A stretch of 64,000 nt of DNA from an uncultured delta proteobacterium (GTDB taxonomy: Bacteria; Desulfobacterota; Desulfobacteria; Desulfobacterales; SG8-13): positions 2,270 to 66,269 of the forward strand of contig CAWGUE010000031.1 of the NCBI GenBank assembly GCA_963825595.1, read 5' to 3'. The translations under genes and the position numbers were made by a program. Below are positions 22,187 to 32,410 of this stretch, in pieces. The first letter of the stretch is position 1. Each line of letters opens with the position of its first letter. A model generated the notes under the pieces. That model had not been told where the DNA came from. It saw only the letters and a program-made list of their open reading frames with translations, and searched no databases.

Positions 22187-23811
22187 ATAGAGCCAAACCC
22201 TCTCCCGCAATCATCCTCTTTAACGGCAGCATTGCCACTCAAATTCCCCAAAAGCCACTGGCACAGGCCGTGGCCGTCGGTCAGGGACGCATCCTGGCCG
22301 TCGGCAACAACGACGATGTGCTGCATCTGTCCGGCGCAGGCACCGAAAAGATCGATCTCCACGGTCGCCTGGTGATCCCGGGGTTTATCGACACCCATAT
22401 CCACTTCTATGAATGGGCTCTCAAGCGTCAGGATATGAAACTGGATGACATCACCTGCCTTGAGGACCTGCTGGAACGCGTTCGTCGAGCAGTCAAAGAC
22501 CGGCGGCCAGGCCAATGGATCATGGGACAGGGATGGAACGAGACGGACTGGACCGTACCCCACATGCCCACTCGCGAAACACTGGACCAGGTGGCCCCGG
22601 ACCACCCGGTGCTGCTGTGGCGCTGCGATCTTCACCTGGCCGCCGCCAACACCACAGCCCTGAAAATGGCCGGGATCGACGCCGGCACACCGGATCCACC
22701 CGAAGGCCGGATCGAGCGCGACGCCGCAGGAGAACCGACCGGGATATTAAGGGAACTGGCCATCAATCTCGTGCGAGAGGTCGTCGCCCCCCCCCAGGCG
22801 GCCCAGGTGATGGAAGCCTTTGAAGAAGCGGCCGGGGCCCTTCACCGCCGAGGGGTGACCGGCATTCACGACATCCGTTTGATGGCGGATAAAGACGGCG
22901 CCAGAGCATTTCAGACCTTTCAAAAGCTCGAACGGGACAGCCGCCTCGATCTTCGTTGCTGGGTGACCCTACCCGGGCACCAGTTAGACGACATCATCGG
23001 TCTCGGGCTTCGTACGGGATTCGGCAACGACAGGCTGCGCGTCGGTCATGTCAAATTTTTTTGCGACGGCGGGATGGGCGCCCGCACCGCCTGGATGATC
23101 GATCCCTTCCTGGATGCAGGGTGCGGCATGCCCCTGATGGACATGGCCTCTCTGGCAAGGGATATCGACAAGGCGGATGATGCCGGTCTATCGGTGATGG
23201 TTCATGCGGTGGGGGATCGCGCCAACCGGGAACTGATCAACATTTTTGAAGCCCTTGCATCCCGCCGCGCCCACTCCGGCTCACCGTCCACTCCCATTCC
23301 CCATCGTATCGAACACGTGCAGATGATCCGGCCTGAAGATGCCGATCGACTGCGAAGACTCAATCTGGCGTTGTGCGTGACACCGGCCAACATGATTCTG
23401 GACATGAATCTGATCGATTCGGCCGTCGGGGAAAAGGGCAAGTGGGCCTATTCCTTTCGTCAACTGATGGATACCGGTGCGCCGGTCATGTTCAGTTCCG
23501 ACTGCCCGGTTTGCGACCCTGATCCGTTGTTGGGCATTCATGCCGCCGTAACACGACAACGGGCCGACGGAACACCAAAGGGCGGCTGGTATCCGGATTC
23601 GCGGGTGACGACAGTCGAGGCGCTGAAAGCGTATACATCGACGCCGGCATCCGTTCACCAAACGACCGACGTCGGCGCCATTGCCCCAAACAAAAAGGCG
23701 GACCTGGTGGTTCTCAGTGAAAATATTTTAACCCGGCCACCCTCGCGGATACCGCATGTGAAAGTGGATCTGACCCTGTTTGACGGTCGGATCGTGTATC
23801 GGAACGATTAA
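22183..23811 (+). CDS. amidohydrolase, YtcJ-like (Amidohydro_3)
   Basis: PGFIDTHIH, HAVGDRAN, RIEH, SSDCPV, GAIAP.KKADLVVL. Confidence 0.9.
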   Translation: MNRAKPSPAIILFNGSIATQIPQKPLAQAVAVGQGRILAVGNNDDVLHLSGAGTEKIDLHGRLVIPGFIDTHIHFYEWALKRQDMKLDDITCLEDLLERVRRAVKDRRPGQWIMGQGWNETDWTVPHMPTRETLDQVAPDHPVLLWRCDLHLAAANTTALKMAGIDAGTPDPPEGRIERDAAGEPTGILRELAINLVREVVAPPQAAQVMEAFEEAAGALHRRGVTGIHDIRLMADKDGARAFQTFQKLERDSRLDLRCWVTLPGHQLDDIIGLGLRTGFGNDRLRVGHVKFFCDGGMGARTAWMIDPFLDAGCGMPLMDMASLARDIDKADDAGLSVMVHAVGDRANRELINIFEALASRRAHSGSPSTPIPHRIEHVQMIRPEDADRLRRLNLALCVTPANMILDMNLIDSAVGEKGKWAYSFRQLMDTGAPVMFSSDCPVCDPDPLLGIHAAVTRQRADGTPKGGWYPDSRVTTVEALKAYTSTPASVHQTTDVGAIAPNKKADLVVLSENILTRPPSRIPHVKVDLTLFDGRIVYRND

Positions 23812-23824
23812 TGATCGTGGAATA

Positions 23825-25723
23825 ATGAGTAAATTCTCTTTTTTCGGAAAGCACATTTTGATCACCGGTGCCGGTGGCGGGTTGGGTTCGGCCCTGTCAC
23901 GCGCACTGGTCGAATTGGGTGCCCGTCTGGTGCTGTCGGACCGGTCGCTCGAAAACATCGCGGAGTTGAAATCGACTCTCCCCGAAGACGCTGCGATTAT
24001 TCCTATCCCGGCAGACCTGTCGGTCCCCGGTGAGGCCGAAAATCTCGCTTTAAAAACGATCGACGTTCTCGGGCATATTGACGTTCTCATAAATAATGCC
24101 GGTGTCGGTTACCATGCGTTGATGCAGGAAACGACCGAAGACAGACTTCGGACGGTCTATGAAGTAAACACATTCTCTCCTCTGGCTCTGGTCAAATCCC
24201 TATTGCCCTCGATGCAACGCAGAGAATCCGGCATGGTCATTAACGTTCTCTCCTGTGCCGGTTTCATTCCGATCCCGACTGCAGGCGTTTACAGCGCCAG
24301 TAAAGCCGCTTTTTCAACTATGGCACGGGCGATGCGCCTCGAATTGGAACCGGCGGGAGTGAAAGTTTTCAACTTTTATCCCGGCCCCATCAATACCTCT
24401 TTCAATGAAAATGCATTTCGCGAAAACGAGCGCCTTGGCCTGCATGCCTGTGGTACCGCCGGTACCCAACCGGAGATAATTGCCCAAAAAATTCTTTTAG
24501 AGGCAACCGGTCGGCCGGGTGATATCTGGCTGGATCGCCGATCCAAATGGTTGGCACTCATAGGAACGATCTGGCCCAAACTGTCTGATCGCCGTCTCCT
24601 CCCTCTGCGAGATGCGGCGCTGCTGCACAGAACGGGACAACCACCACCAGTCCAGAGACGCTGGCGGTTGTGGCAGCTGGAAACTTCTATCGCCTGCAAT
24701 CTGGATTGTATCATGTGTCCCTGGAAAGAAGAGCGCCGGCAAAATTTCAAGACCGGGGATATGACGGCCGAAACATGGGCGGCACTTCGTCCCTATCTTC
24801 CGGAAACGCGCTCGATCGATTTTAGCGGCGGGGGGGAACCATTGCTCCAGCCGCGGCTGATGGAATGGCTCCAGGAGGCGAGTGCCGCCGGATGCGAGAC
24901 GGGTTTTCTGACCAACGGTATCATCCTGAATCGTGAAATGAGCCGTCGTTTTATCCAGGCCGGGCTTGACTGGATCGGGTTTTCTATAGACGGGGCCACG
25001 GCAGAAATCTACGAAAAAATCCGCAAAGGCGCCGATTTCAGAAAATTGTGTGAAAACATTTCTGCCTTATCCGGCATGAGAGGGGAGAAAAATCCCTTCA
25101 TCATGATAAATTTTGTGCTCATGCCGGAAAATATTCACCAGCTGGAAGAAATTGTAAAGCTTGCCGCCCGGCTGGGTGTCGATCAGGTCAACTTCAAACA
25201 GTGCGATGTCGTCAGGGGCGAGCATGGCAAAGGTCACGGGCTCTTTGCGTCAAAAGAAGACCGGTCCATCCGCCGACTTAAAAAAGCATTGGGAAAGGCA
25301 CGCCGCCTGGCAAACAGATTAGACATAAAAACAACGGCATTCAAATTCGTTCCGGATGAACTGCCTGTGTGCGATCAGGATCCGAGGAATTCACTGTTCG
25401 TTGGACATGACGGCCGTGTCGCCCCGTGTATCAACCTCACCAATGGCGGTCCCAGCTTTTTTCTGGGCAAGGAGGTTACGATACCCTCGGTGCATTACGG
25501 TCGTCTATCGGACCGAGATTTGATGGAACTCTGGGAAACATCGACCTGCAGGTTCTACCGCACGCGGTTCGAAAAAAGGGAGCAAGCGTACAATGCGGTC
25601 ATCGCTGATAGCTCGATTGAATCTTCACTGATCAAACTTAAAGAAACCCTGTCGGCTGCAAGGGAAGCCATGCCCCAGGCGCCGGAGGGATGCGAGATCT
25701 GCCATTACTTGTACGACATTTGA
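23825..25723 (+). CDS. SDR oxidoreductase fused to a radical SAM/SPASM domain
   Basis: TGAGGGLG, NNAG, YSASK, then CNLDCIMC, SGGGEP, FSIDGA and SPASM Cys (CDQDP, PCI, CEIC) in one uninterrupted frame. Confidence 0.8.
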   Translation: MSKFSFFGKHILITGAGGGLGSALSRALVELGARLVLSDRSLENIAELKSTLPEDAAIIPIPADLSVPGEAENLALKTIDVLGHIDVLINNAGVGYHALMQETTEDRLRTVYEVNTFSPLALVKSLLPSMQRRESGMVINVLSCAGFIPIPTAGVYSASKAAFSTMARAMRLELEPAGVKVFNFYPGPINTSFNENAFRENERLGLHACGTAGTQPEIIAQKILLEATGRPGDIWLDRRSKWLALIGTIWPKLSDRRLLPLRDAALLHRTGQPPPVQRRWRLWQLETSIACNLDCIMCPWKEERRQNFKTGDMTAETWAALRPYLPETRSIDFSGGGEPLLQPRLMEWLQEASAAGCETGFLTNGIILNREMSRRFIQAGLDWIGFSIDGATAEIYEKIRKGADFRKLCENISALSGMRGEKNPFIMINFVLMPENIHQLEEIVKLAARLGVDQVNFKQCDVVRGEHGKGHGLFASKEDRSIRRLKKALGKARRLANRLDIKTTAFKFVPDELPVCDQDPRNSLFVGHDGRVAPCINLTNGGPSFFLGKEVTIPSVHYGRLSDRDLMELWETSTCRFYRTRFEKREQAYNAVIADSSIESSLIKLKETLSAAREAMPQAPEGCEICHYLYDI

Positions 25724-26289
25724 TCAGGGCCCTTGGCGCCTTTGCCGGTGGGGCAAATGTAATGATCGGAATACAAACAGCATCGGCGACAACACAGTAC
25801 GGCATCCTTGGCCAGACAGCCCCGGAGCTAAAGCTAAAGACATGGATCGATGGAAACGGAAAAGAAATGGAGCCCATCAGTCTTAACGACTATCGTAGTA
25901 AAGTCGTTTATCTCTATTTTTTCCAAGACTGGTGACCGGGATGTCGGAAGGTGGGGTTCCCAACACTTAAAAAAGTAACAGAGGCGTTTGAAGGTGACGA
26001 TCAGATCCAATTTATTGCCATACAAACTGTGTTCGAGGGATACAATTTCAATACGCAGGATAAACTTCGGCAAAACCAGTTAAAATACGACCTGAAGATC
26101 CCCATGGCACATGTGGCCGGTAATCCTGAAACCCATGGAGTGCCGGAGATTATGCGAAAATATCGGGCGGGCGGGACGCCTTGGACGGTTATTATCGACC
26201 GATCCGGAAAAGTCGTTTTCAACGATTTTCATATTAAGGTTGCCCGGGCTATTTCATTCATCGAACTGTTGACAGAAAAACGGGACTGA
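25690..26289 (+). CDS. peroxiredoxin-like/TlpA (AhpC-TSA) thioredoxin-fold selenoprotein, U-x-x-C
   Basis: ORFs 25690-25935 and 25951-26289 share a frame; read-through of TGA 25933 gives FQDW-U-PG-C-RKVGFPTL..AIQTVFEG..GTPW. Start may be 25762. Confidence 0.85.
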
Positions 26290-26309
26290 CATCCATTCAT
26301 ATCATGAAA

Positions 26310-27161
26310 TCAGCGGGCGAATACCTTTTCCAATCGATCGGGTTTGAATTTTCTCGATACAAGCGGTCCATCAGAGAGAGCGGCAATTTGATCCGTAAAA
26401 TGCGGCTTTTCTTTCTGAAAAAATATTCCGATCGGTATCTTGCTTTCCTCCCGGGTGGCCATCATCAAAGCTTTCTCATAATCTCCAGGATCATGCTGAC
26501 TGTCGTCAAGCGGATTGACGCGCTGCTTGTACCACTGGTAAATATCCTTGGGGTTAAATGAAACACAGGGCTGAAGTATATCAATGATACTAAACCCCTT
26601 GTGTTGAACGCCGGCCCGGATCAATTCACTCAGATGTTGGCTGTCTCCCGAAAAACCTCGGGCGACAAAACCGGCACCTAAAGAAAGGGCCAACAGCATC
26701 GGCTTCAGAGGGGTATTTATGACACCCTTTTGCTGCATCTTGGTCACCATACCGATCTGAGCGGTTGGTGATGCCTGCCCTCTCGTCAAACCGTAAACCG
26801 TATTGTTATGAACCAGTACGGTAAGATCGATATTCCGCCTGATGGCATGCAGCAAATGATTGCCCCCTTCGGCATAACAATCCCCATCGCCGGTGTTAAC
26901 TATTATGGTTAACTCATGATTGGCGATTTTGGCACCTGTGGCCAAAGGCAGCGCGCGTCCGTGCAATGAATGAAAAAAATTACACTTCAAAAAATGGGGG
27001 GTCTTTGCCGCTTGTCCGATTCCCGAGACAAGTAAAATTTGATGCGGTAAGATGTTTAGTTGAACCAGCGCTTCCTGCATGGCTTTCAGGATACCGAAAT
27101 TGCCACAACCGGGGCACCACTGGTTGTCATAATCCGACTCGTAGTCCTTGATACTGACCAT
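26310..27161 (-). CDS. 2-oxoacid:ferredoxin oxidoreductase beta subunit
   Basis: WCPGCG, SGIG, LHGRALP, GDGD, YGLT.GQ.SPT, QPCVSFN. Confidence 0.92.
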   Translation of the reverse strand: MVSIKDYESDYDNQWCPGCGNFGILKAMQEALVQLNILPHQILLVSGIGQAAKTPHFLKCNFFHSLHGRALPLATGAKIANHELTIIVNTGDGDCYAEGGNHLLHAIRRNIDLTVLVHNNTVYGLTRGQASPTAQIGMVTKMQQKGVINTPLKPMLLALSLGAGFVARGFSGDSQHLSELIRAGVQHKGFSIIDILQPCVSFNPKDIYQWYKQRVNPLDDSQHDPGDYEKALMMATREESKIPIGIFFQKEKPHFTDQIAALSDGPLVSRKFKPDRLEKVFAR

Positions 27162-27164
27162 GGT

Positions 27165-28865
27165 TCACCTCAAATGTCGCTGAATGTCCTTTGTAATTTC
27201 GATCGGGAAAAACGGTCGTCCATCATATTTTAAAATGGCTCCGGCGGCACGAAGACCTGTTTGCATCTGAATGATCTGCCCTAACTGTGCGCCACTATTT
27301 TGCTCTACCATGATAAAAGACCGCGCCTTTTGAAGCGCTTCGGTGGCGAGCCGGCCAGGAAAAGGCCACAGATCGCCGAAGATTACCGCTCCTACGTTTT
27401 CCCCATCGGATCTAAGGATGTCAATAGCTTCTAAAATGGCCCCTTGCGTCGATCCCCAACCAACCAGAAGAGCGTCGCTATCGCCGTAATAAACATCGGG
27501 AGCCTGCATTTCATTGAGCATGTCTTTAAGCTTGGCATTGCGCTTATCAACCATTTTTATCCGCTCAGTGCTGTCTTCGGTAATGTGACCGTCTTCGGAG
27601 TGCTCATCGCTACAAACCATAACCAGTGCTTTGCCGCGACAGGGCAGCGCGCGGGGTGACACGCCTGACTTTGTCACTTTAAAGCGTCTGTAGTTGGATG
27701 GATTATCCAAATCTTCATCGGTCGCATAAAACAATTTTACAGCCGACGGTATGTCAAAAGACTGTTCCGTGGTGAACCATGAGTCACAAAGGAATTGGTC
27801 GGCCATGATGATAGCAGGCACCTGATATTTATCCGCGAGATGAAACGCGCGGGCAGTGGTCGCATATGCATCGTAGACGTTTCGTGGAGCAAACACAAAA
27901 CGAGGAAATTCATCTTGCGAAGCGTGGATAACAAATAGTAAATCCGCCTGGGCTGTTCTCGTTGGCAAGCCGGTGGCGGGACCCGGGCGTTGGGCGTTAA
28001 TGATGACAATGGGGGTTTCGGTAATTGCAGCGAGTCCCAAAGCTTCGGTCATCAGGCAAAAACCACCCCCGGATGTGGCGGTCATGGCTCTTACCCCTGC
28101 GAAGGCTGCACCGATCGCCATGTTTATCGCCGCGATCTCATCCTCGGCCTGCTCGACCACCAGGGGTAAATGGTCCATCTGCTCAACGAGATGGCCCATA
28201 ATACCGGTGGCCGGGCTCATGGGGTAAAAAGCCCCGAAACGACAATCTGCTGACAAAGCCCCCAGGGCGATGGCCTCGGAGCCTTCAAACAGTCTTCCTC
28301 TGGATTTGCCGGACACGCCTGTAAAAACGCCTTCAAAGGCCGCCGCTTCGACGAACTGATAACCCAGCCGGGCCGCTTTCAGATTCATCTTTAAAATTGC
28401 TTTAGATTTGGCGGCAAAGCGCTGCGTGAGGACCTCGTCAATCAATTGCTTCGGCGCCCCCAGCAGTGCCAGACACACACCGGCCGCCACAGTGTTTGAC
28501 GTAATCTTTCCGCCGGCATCTTGAGCGAGCTTCTCAAAGGGTACGCCTTTCAATTTGTCATCCTTAATATTGGCGTCCTCTTCGATGAGGATAATGCCGC
28601 TCGATACGACTTCATTTTTGTGAAGCGTGTATGTATTTTGATCCATGGCAACCAGTATGTCGATCGCATGATGCGGCGCATGAACAGGTTGATCGCTGAT
28701 TCGAATTTGAATGAAGCTGTGACCACCGCGAATGCGAGATTCAAAATCATTGATGGCCATGACGTAAAGACCGGCTCGCTGGCAAACCCAAGACAAAAGA
28801 CTGCCAACCGTTTGAATACCTTGACCGGCCTCTCCGCCGATTTTAATCGTTATATCAAATGCCAT
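27165..28865 (-). CDS. 2-oxoacid:acceptor oxidoreductase alpha subunit (gamma-alpha fusion)
   Basis: GGEAGQG, ESRIRGG, YPMSPAT, QAEDE, ATSGGG, QRPGPATGLPT. Confidence 0.92.
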   Translation of the reverse strand: MAFDITIKIGGEAGQGIQTVGSLLSWVCQRAGLYVMAINDFESRIRGGHSFIQIRISDQPVHAPHHAIDILVAMDQNTYTLHKNEVVSSGIILIEEDANIKDDKLKGVPFEKLAQDAGGKITSNTVAAGVCLALLGAPKQLIDEVLTQRFAAKSKAILKMNLKAARLGYQFVEAAAFEGVFTGVSGKSRGRLFEGSEAIALGALSADCRFGAFYPMSPATGIMGHLVEQMDHLPLVVEQAEDEIAAINMAIGAAFAGVRAMTATSGGGFCLMTEALGLAAITETPIVIINAQRPGPATGLPTRTAQADLLFVIHASQDEFPRFVFAPRNVYDAYATTARAFHLADKYQVPAIIMADQFLCDSWFTTEQSFDIPSAVKLFYATDEDLDNPSNYRRFKVTKSGVSPRALPCRGKALVMVCSDEHSEDGHITEDSTERIKMVDKRNAKLKDMLNEMQAPDVYYGDSDALLVGWGSTQGAILEAIDILRSDGENVGAVIFGDLWPFPGRLATEALQKARSFIMVEQNSGAQLGQIIQMQTGLRAAGAILKYDGRPFFPIEITKDIQRHLR

Positions 28866-29440
28866 CTGGTAAACCTTTCGGAAGAAATATTTCGTAGGAG
28901 GAACAACAACATTTCTAATATTGGCTTATGGTATTCTGAGATTTGTAAAGGATAATAAATTTATGTATAATTATTACATTAAAGTTTTGCAACTCTTTAT
29001 CCATAAGGCCTCGACCCAAAATCCAGTAGTTAGTGCCCATCCACTGTTTTATGATAAGCCCAGATAAGTTTCCGATTCTGAAATTATATTATGTCCCGTT
29101 TAATCTAAGTCGATTATACTGAATATAAAAATTTTCTTCCGATGGGCTCTTTTTTAAATCCCTATGTCCCCGAATCTATACATCTTTGTCAAAGGGGGAA
29201 TGGTAATTGCCGGAAGTGCTTTCAACACAGGTATTGCGTCAAAAGGAAATGCCGGTGAGCAAGTGTTGCCCTCTTTTTTACAAGAACGCAGAGGAGAAGT
29301 TCTACTCGGTGTACTCACCCTCTCATCTTTATATATTTATGACAACACCTATAAAGGAGAAATTCTGGATGGATGGGAAAGTGCAAAAAGGAATTATCGA
29401 AAAAATGGATGGATATCCAAATTGCGATTCGATCTAAATT

Positions 29441-29923
29441 TTATGGAAAAAAGTTCTTCACGATCACTAAACGAATTGAACGACTGGAATTATAGGTCTC
29501 CCGGACGCGATAGGTCTTTTTCCATGGCTGCTGCTTAATGTTGTTGTAATCGGCGAGGGCGCGATACAAAGCGCCCACCGCAAGTTCGGCACAATGGAAG
29601 TGTTCCACCGGCAGGGTTTCCAGGAAATTGATGACAGCCTCAGGAGTGATTTCCCAGGCTTCGTTTATTGTTTTCCCTTCTGCCAAGTTTGCAACGGTGT
29701 TGGCGCAGGCGTTGGTATGCAGGCAGCCGTTGGTTTGATACGCAACCGACTGGATAGTCCTTTCACGAACGATCAGGTAAACTTCGACGGTATCTTTGCA
29801 AGCGCCGGTATGCTTCCCATATCCATCGGGGTTTTCAATGGATTCGCGGCGATCAGAACGAAAAGCCATTTCGAGAAATTGTCTTGAGTGATCCTGCCAG
29901 AAATTAAAGGTTCTTCCGGTCAT
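29441..29923 (-). CDS. IscU/NifU N-terminal-like Fe-S scaffold protein
   Basis: GACKD, GC..TNAC, HCAELA. Confidence 0.85.
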   Translation of the reverse strand: MTGRTFNFWQDHSRQFLEMAFRSDRRESIENPDGYGKHTGACKDTVEVYLIVRERTIQSVAYQTNGCLHTNACANTVANLAEGKTINEAWEITPEAVINFLETLPVEHFHCAELAVGALYRALADYNNIKQQPWKKTYRVRETYNSSRSIRLVIVKNFFP

Positions 29924-29997
29924 TTTACGAATACCAGCCCGCCAAAGACGTCAGAAACGAAGAGCAAACCACTTTACAACAACCCGGGCGTATGAAG

Positions 29998-30864
29998 TTA
30001 ACACCTAATGTTTTCCAGCAGGCCTTCCCATATTGATTTTACCGCTTTCCCCGCCGCGGTGGCTGGGTCGTATTCGAAAATCGCCTGGCCCTGAACCATG
30101 GCGTGGGTGAATACCGGGTCAAACGGGATGTTTCCCACCATGGTCAAACCATTTTGTAACGCGTGGGATTGTATTCTTTGGGTCATTTCCGGGTTGAGAT
30201 CGTGCTTATTCACACTGACCATGGCCGGTATGTTAAAGTGGGCGGCCAGTTCCACGACCCGCTGCATGTCGTGTATGCCCGACACTGTCGGCTCGGTAAC
30301 GATCAGTACGGCGCTCGCGCCGCCAATGGCGGCAATGACCGGGCATCCGATACCCGGTGGTCCATCTGTTATAATGAGGGGAAATTCCAATTTTTCAGCA
30401 AGTTTTCTGGCTTCCTGACGGACCAGGGTCACCAACTTGCCCGAATTTTCCTCGGCAATCCCCAGACGTGCGTGTACCATCGGTCCAAACCGGGTGGAAG
30501 ACATAAACCATTGCCCGCATGTATTCAATGGAAAATCCACTGCCTTCTCGGGGCAGAAATGATGGCACACACCGCAACCCTCGCAGGCCGTCTTATCCAC
30601 CACAAAGTCGTCGCTGATGGCCTCAAAGAGGCAGAGATCTTTACATATCCCGCAGCTTGTGCATTTTTCGCTGTCAATGATGGCTGTATGACCGGACTGA
30701 AAATCATGGCGCTCTTTAACATCGGGGGCCATGATCAAGTGAAGATCGGCCGCGTCGACGTCGGCGTCGCAAAGAACCTTGTTCTGGGACAACGCGGCAA
30801 AGGCGGATACAAGACTGGTTTTTCCCGTCCCCCCCTTTCCGCTGATAACAATCAACTCTTTCAT
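29998..30864 (-). CDS. MinD-superfamily P-loop ATPase with inserted 2x[4Fe-4S] ferredoxin domain
   Basis: SGKGGTGKT, DADVD, CTSCGIC/CEGCGVC, DGPPGIGCP, VTEPT. Confidence 0.9.
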   Translation of the reverse strand: MKELIVISGKGGTGKTSLVSAFAALSQNKVLCDADVDAADLHLIMAPDVKERHDFQSGHTAIIDSEKCTSCGICKDLCLFEAISDDFVVDKTACEGCGVCHHFCPEKAVDFPLNTCGQWFMSSTRFGPMVHARLGIAEENSGKLVTLVRQEARKLAEKLEFPLIITDGPPGIGCPVIAAIGGASAVLIVTEPTVSGIHDMQRVVELAAHFNIPAMVSVNKHDLNPEMTQRIQSHALQNGLTMVGNIPFDPVFTHAMVQGQAIFEYDPATAAGKAVKSIWEGLLENIRC

Positions 30865-30928
30865 TCGGTTAGCTCCTGTTTGCGGAATCACATTCTGGAT
30901 GTAATCTGAAGTATAAATCTCCGGAATT

Positions 30929-31774
30929 TCAGCCTAGCTGAACTATTTCGTTTATGTGTCGATAAAGATCCAGAAACTTTTCTTTGTATTCCGGCAACGC
31001 GTGGACAATCATTTCACCGTTTGAATATGCTTCGGCGATCCGGCGATCAAACGGGATCTCCATTAAGACTGGCAAGCCGACTCGATCCGCATAGTCGCGC
31101 ACCTTATCATCGCCCAGCCCCATGCGGTTGACGACCAGCCCGGAGGGTATGTTCAGGGTTTGTACCGCCTCAAACGCCAGTTTCAAATCATGCAGGCCAA
31201 ACGGTGTGGGCTCGGTCACCAGCAATACGAAATCCGTATCGCGCATGGATGTGATGACCGGACAGGACGTACCAGGCGGTGCATCGATGATGGTCAGCTT
31301 GTCAGGATTGGCGTAGGAACGCACCTTTTTGATCAGCGGTGGTGCCATGGCTTCACCGACCCTCAGGCGCCCGTGAACGAATTCGAGCCGGCCGTGATGA
31401 CCGCGTTCAACCGTGCCGATGTCACGTTCTCCCTTCCTGATGGCATCCACCGGGCAAACCTCCCAACATCCTCCGCAGCTGTGGCAAAGTTCCGGAAAAG
31501 TCAAGATGGCTGTGTCGGGCATGACCGCAATGGCTTTGAACTGACATAGTTCACCGCATTCTCCACAAAAGGTGCATTTTTTTTCATCAATTTCCGGAAC
31601 CGAAACGGTAACACGCTCTGTTGGTTCGAATTCGGGCCGAATAAACAAATGGGCATTGGGTTCCTCAACATCACAATCAAGAAGCTGAACGCCCTTTTCA
31701 ATCGTAATGGCCAGGTTGGTGGCGACCGTGGTTTTGCCGGTACCCCCTTTCCCGCTGGCTATACTGATAATCAT
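30929..31774 (-). CDS. MinD-superfamily P-loop ATPase with inserted 2x[4Fe-4S] ferredoxin domain
   Basis: ASGKGGTGKT, DCDVEEPN, CTFCGEC/CHSCGGC, DAPPGTSCP, VTEPTPFG. Confidence 0.9.
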   Translation of the reverse strand: MIISIASGKGGTGKTTVATNLAITIEKGVQLLDCDVEEPNAHLFIRPEFEPTERVTVSVPEIDEKKCTFCGECGELCQFKAIAVMPDTAILTFPELCHSCGGCWEVCPVDAIRKGERDIGTVERGHHGRLEFVHGRLRVGEAMAPPLIKKVRSYANPDKLTIIDAPPGTSCPVITSMRDTDFVLLVTEPTPFGLHDLKLAFEAVQTLNIPSGLVVNRMGLGDDKVRDYADRVGLPVLMEIPFDRRIAEAYSNGEMIVHALPEYKEKFLDLYRHINEIVQLG

Positions 31775-32232
31775 GCACCGCCTCCTCTTCGACCAGCGCC
31801 ACCCATGCCTCTACCGCCACCCATGCCTCTACCGCCACCCAGCCCCTGACCGCCACCCAACCCCTGACCGCCGGTTCCGGCATGCAGAGGCGCATTTGCC
31901 GCGGTGGACGAATCCATCTCACCCTTTTGGCAGGCTTTGACAAGATCTTTGATCGTGCCGGCTTGGCCGGTATACAGGATGATGCCGGCCGCATTCAAAG
32001 TTTGCACGGCATTGGGACCGCAATGCCCGGTGATGAGTGCTTCGGCCCGCTGGGAAGAAATAAACTGGGCTGATTGAATGCCGGCACCGCCGCCAAGCAT
32101 GGCGTTTTTGTTTTCTAAGACCTCAAAGCTCATGTCCTCGGAGTCGACGATGAGAAAATAGGCGCATCTTCCGAACCTGGGATCGAGTTGGGCATTAAGG
32201 TCTTTTCCGGACGAACTGACTGCGATTTTCAT
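31771..32232 (-). CDS. NifB/NifX family (Orange-protein-like) metal-cluster-binding protein with Gly-rich tail
   Basis: KIAVSS.G, DPRFGRC.YF, GAGIQ, TGHCGPNA. Confidence 0.88.
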   Translation of the reverse strand: MKIAVSSSGKDLNAQLDPRFGRCAYFLIVDSEDMSFEVLENKNAMLGGGAGIQSAQFISSQRAEALITGHCGPNAVQTLNAAGIILYTGQAGTIKDLVKACQKGEMDSSTAANAPLHAGTGGQGLGGGQGLGGGRGMGGGRGMGGAGRRGGGA

Positions 32233-32275
32233 TTTTCATTCCTCCTGTGTTTTCAATTACGGATGTTCTATCCCG

Positions 32276-32348
32276 TTATGAGTATATTCCCATAATAGGA
32301 TCGCGAGACCGTTCCGTCAAGCAAAATATTTTTGGCATATGCTCATAA
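32276..32348. promoter_or_regulatory. two palindromic operator sites in the divergent promoter
   Basis: TTATGAGTATATTCCCATAA (32276-32295) and TTTTTGGCATATGCTCATAA (32329-32348) flank divergent TTGAC -35 boxes. Confidence 0.6.
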
Positions 32349-32410
32349 TAAAATTGACAGCCGGATGAAGGGAACTATATTATGGTCAAATGATCAAAAA
32401 GGGTTTACCT

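Noticed and set aside
29143-29538. Overlapping + strand ORFs, including a short Cys-rich frame ending CR-TGA
   Set aside because: AT-rich intergenic region with no recognisable family, RBS or convincing SECIS; cannot support a gene or a Sec codon.
31790-31880. GGCGGT-type tandem repeats
   Set aside because: They encode the Gly-rich GGGRGM tail of the NifX-like protein; no separate DNA-level function evident.
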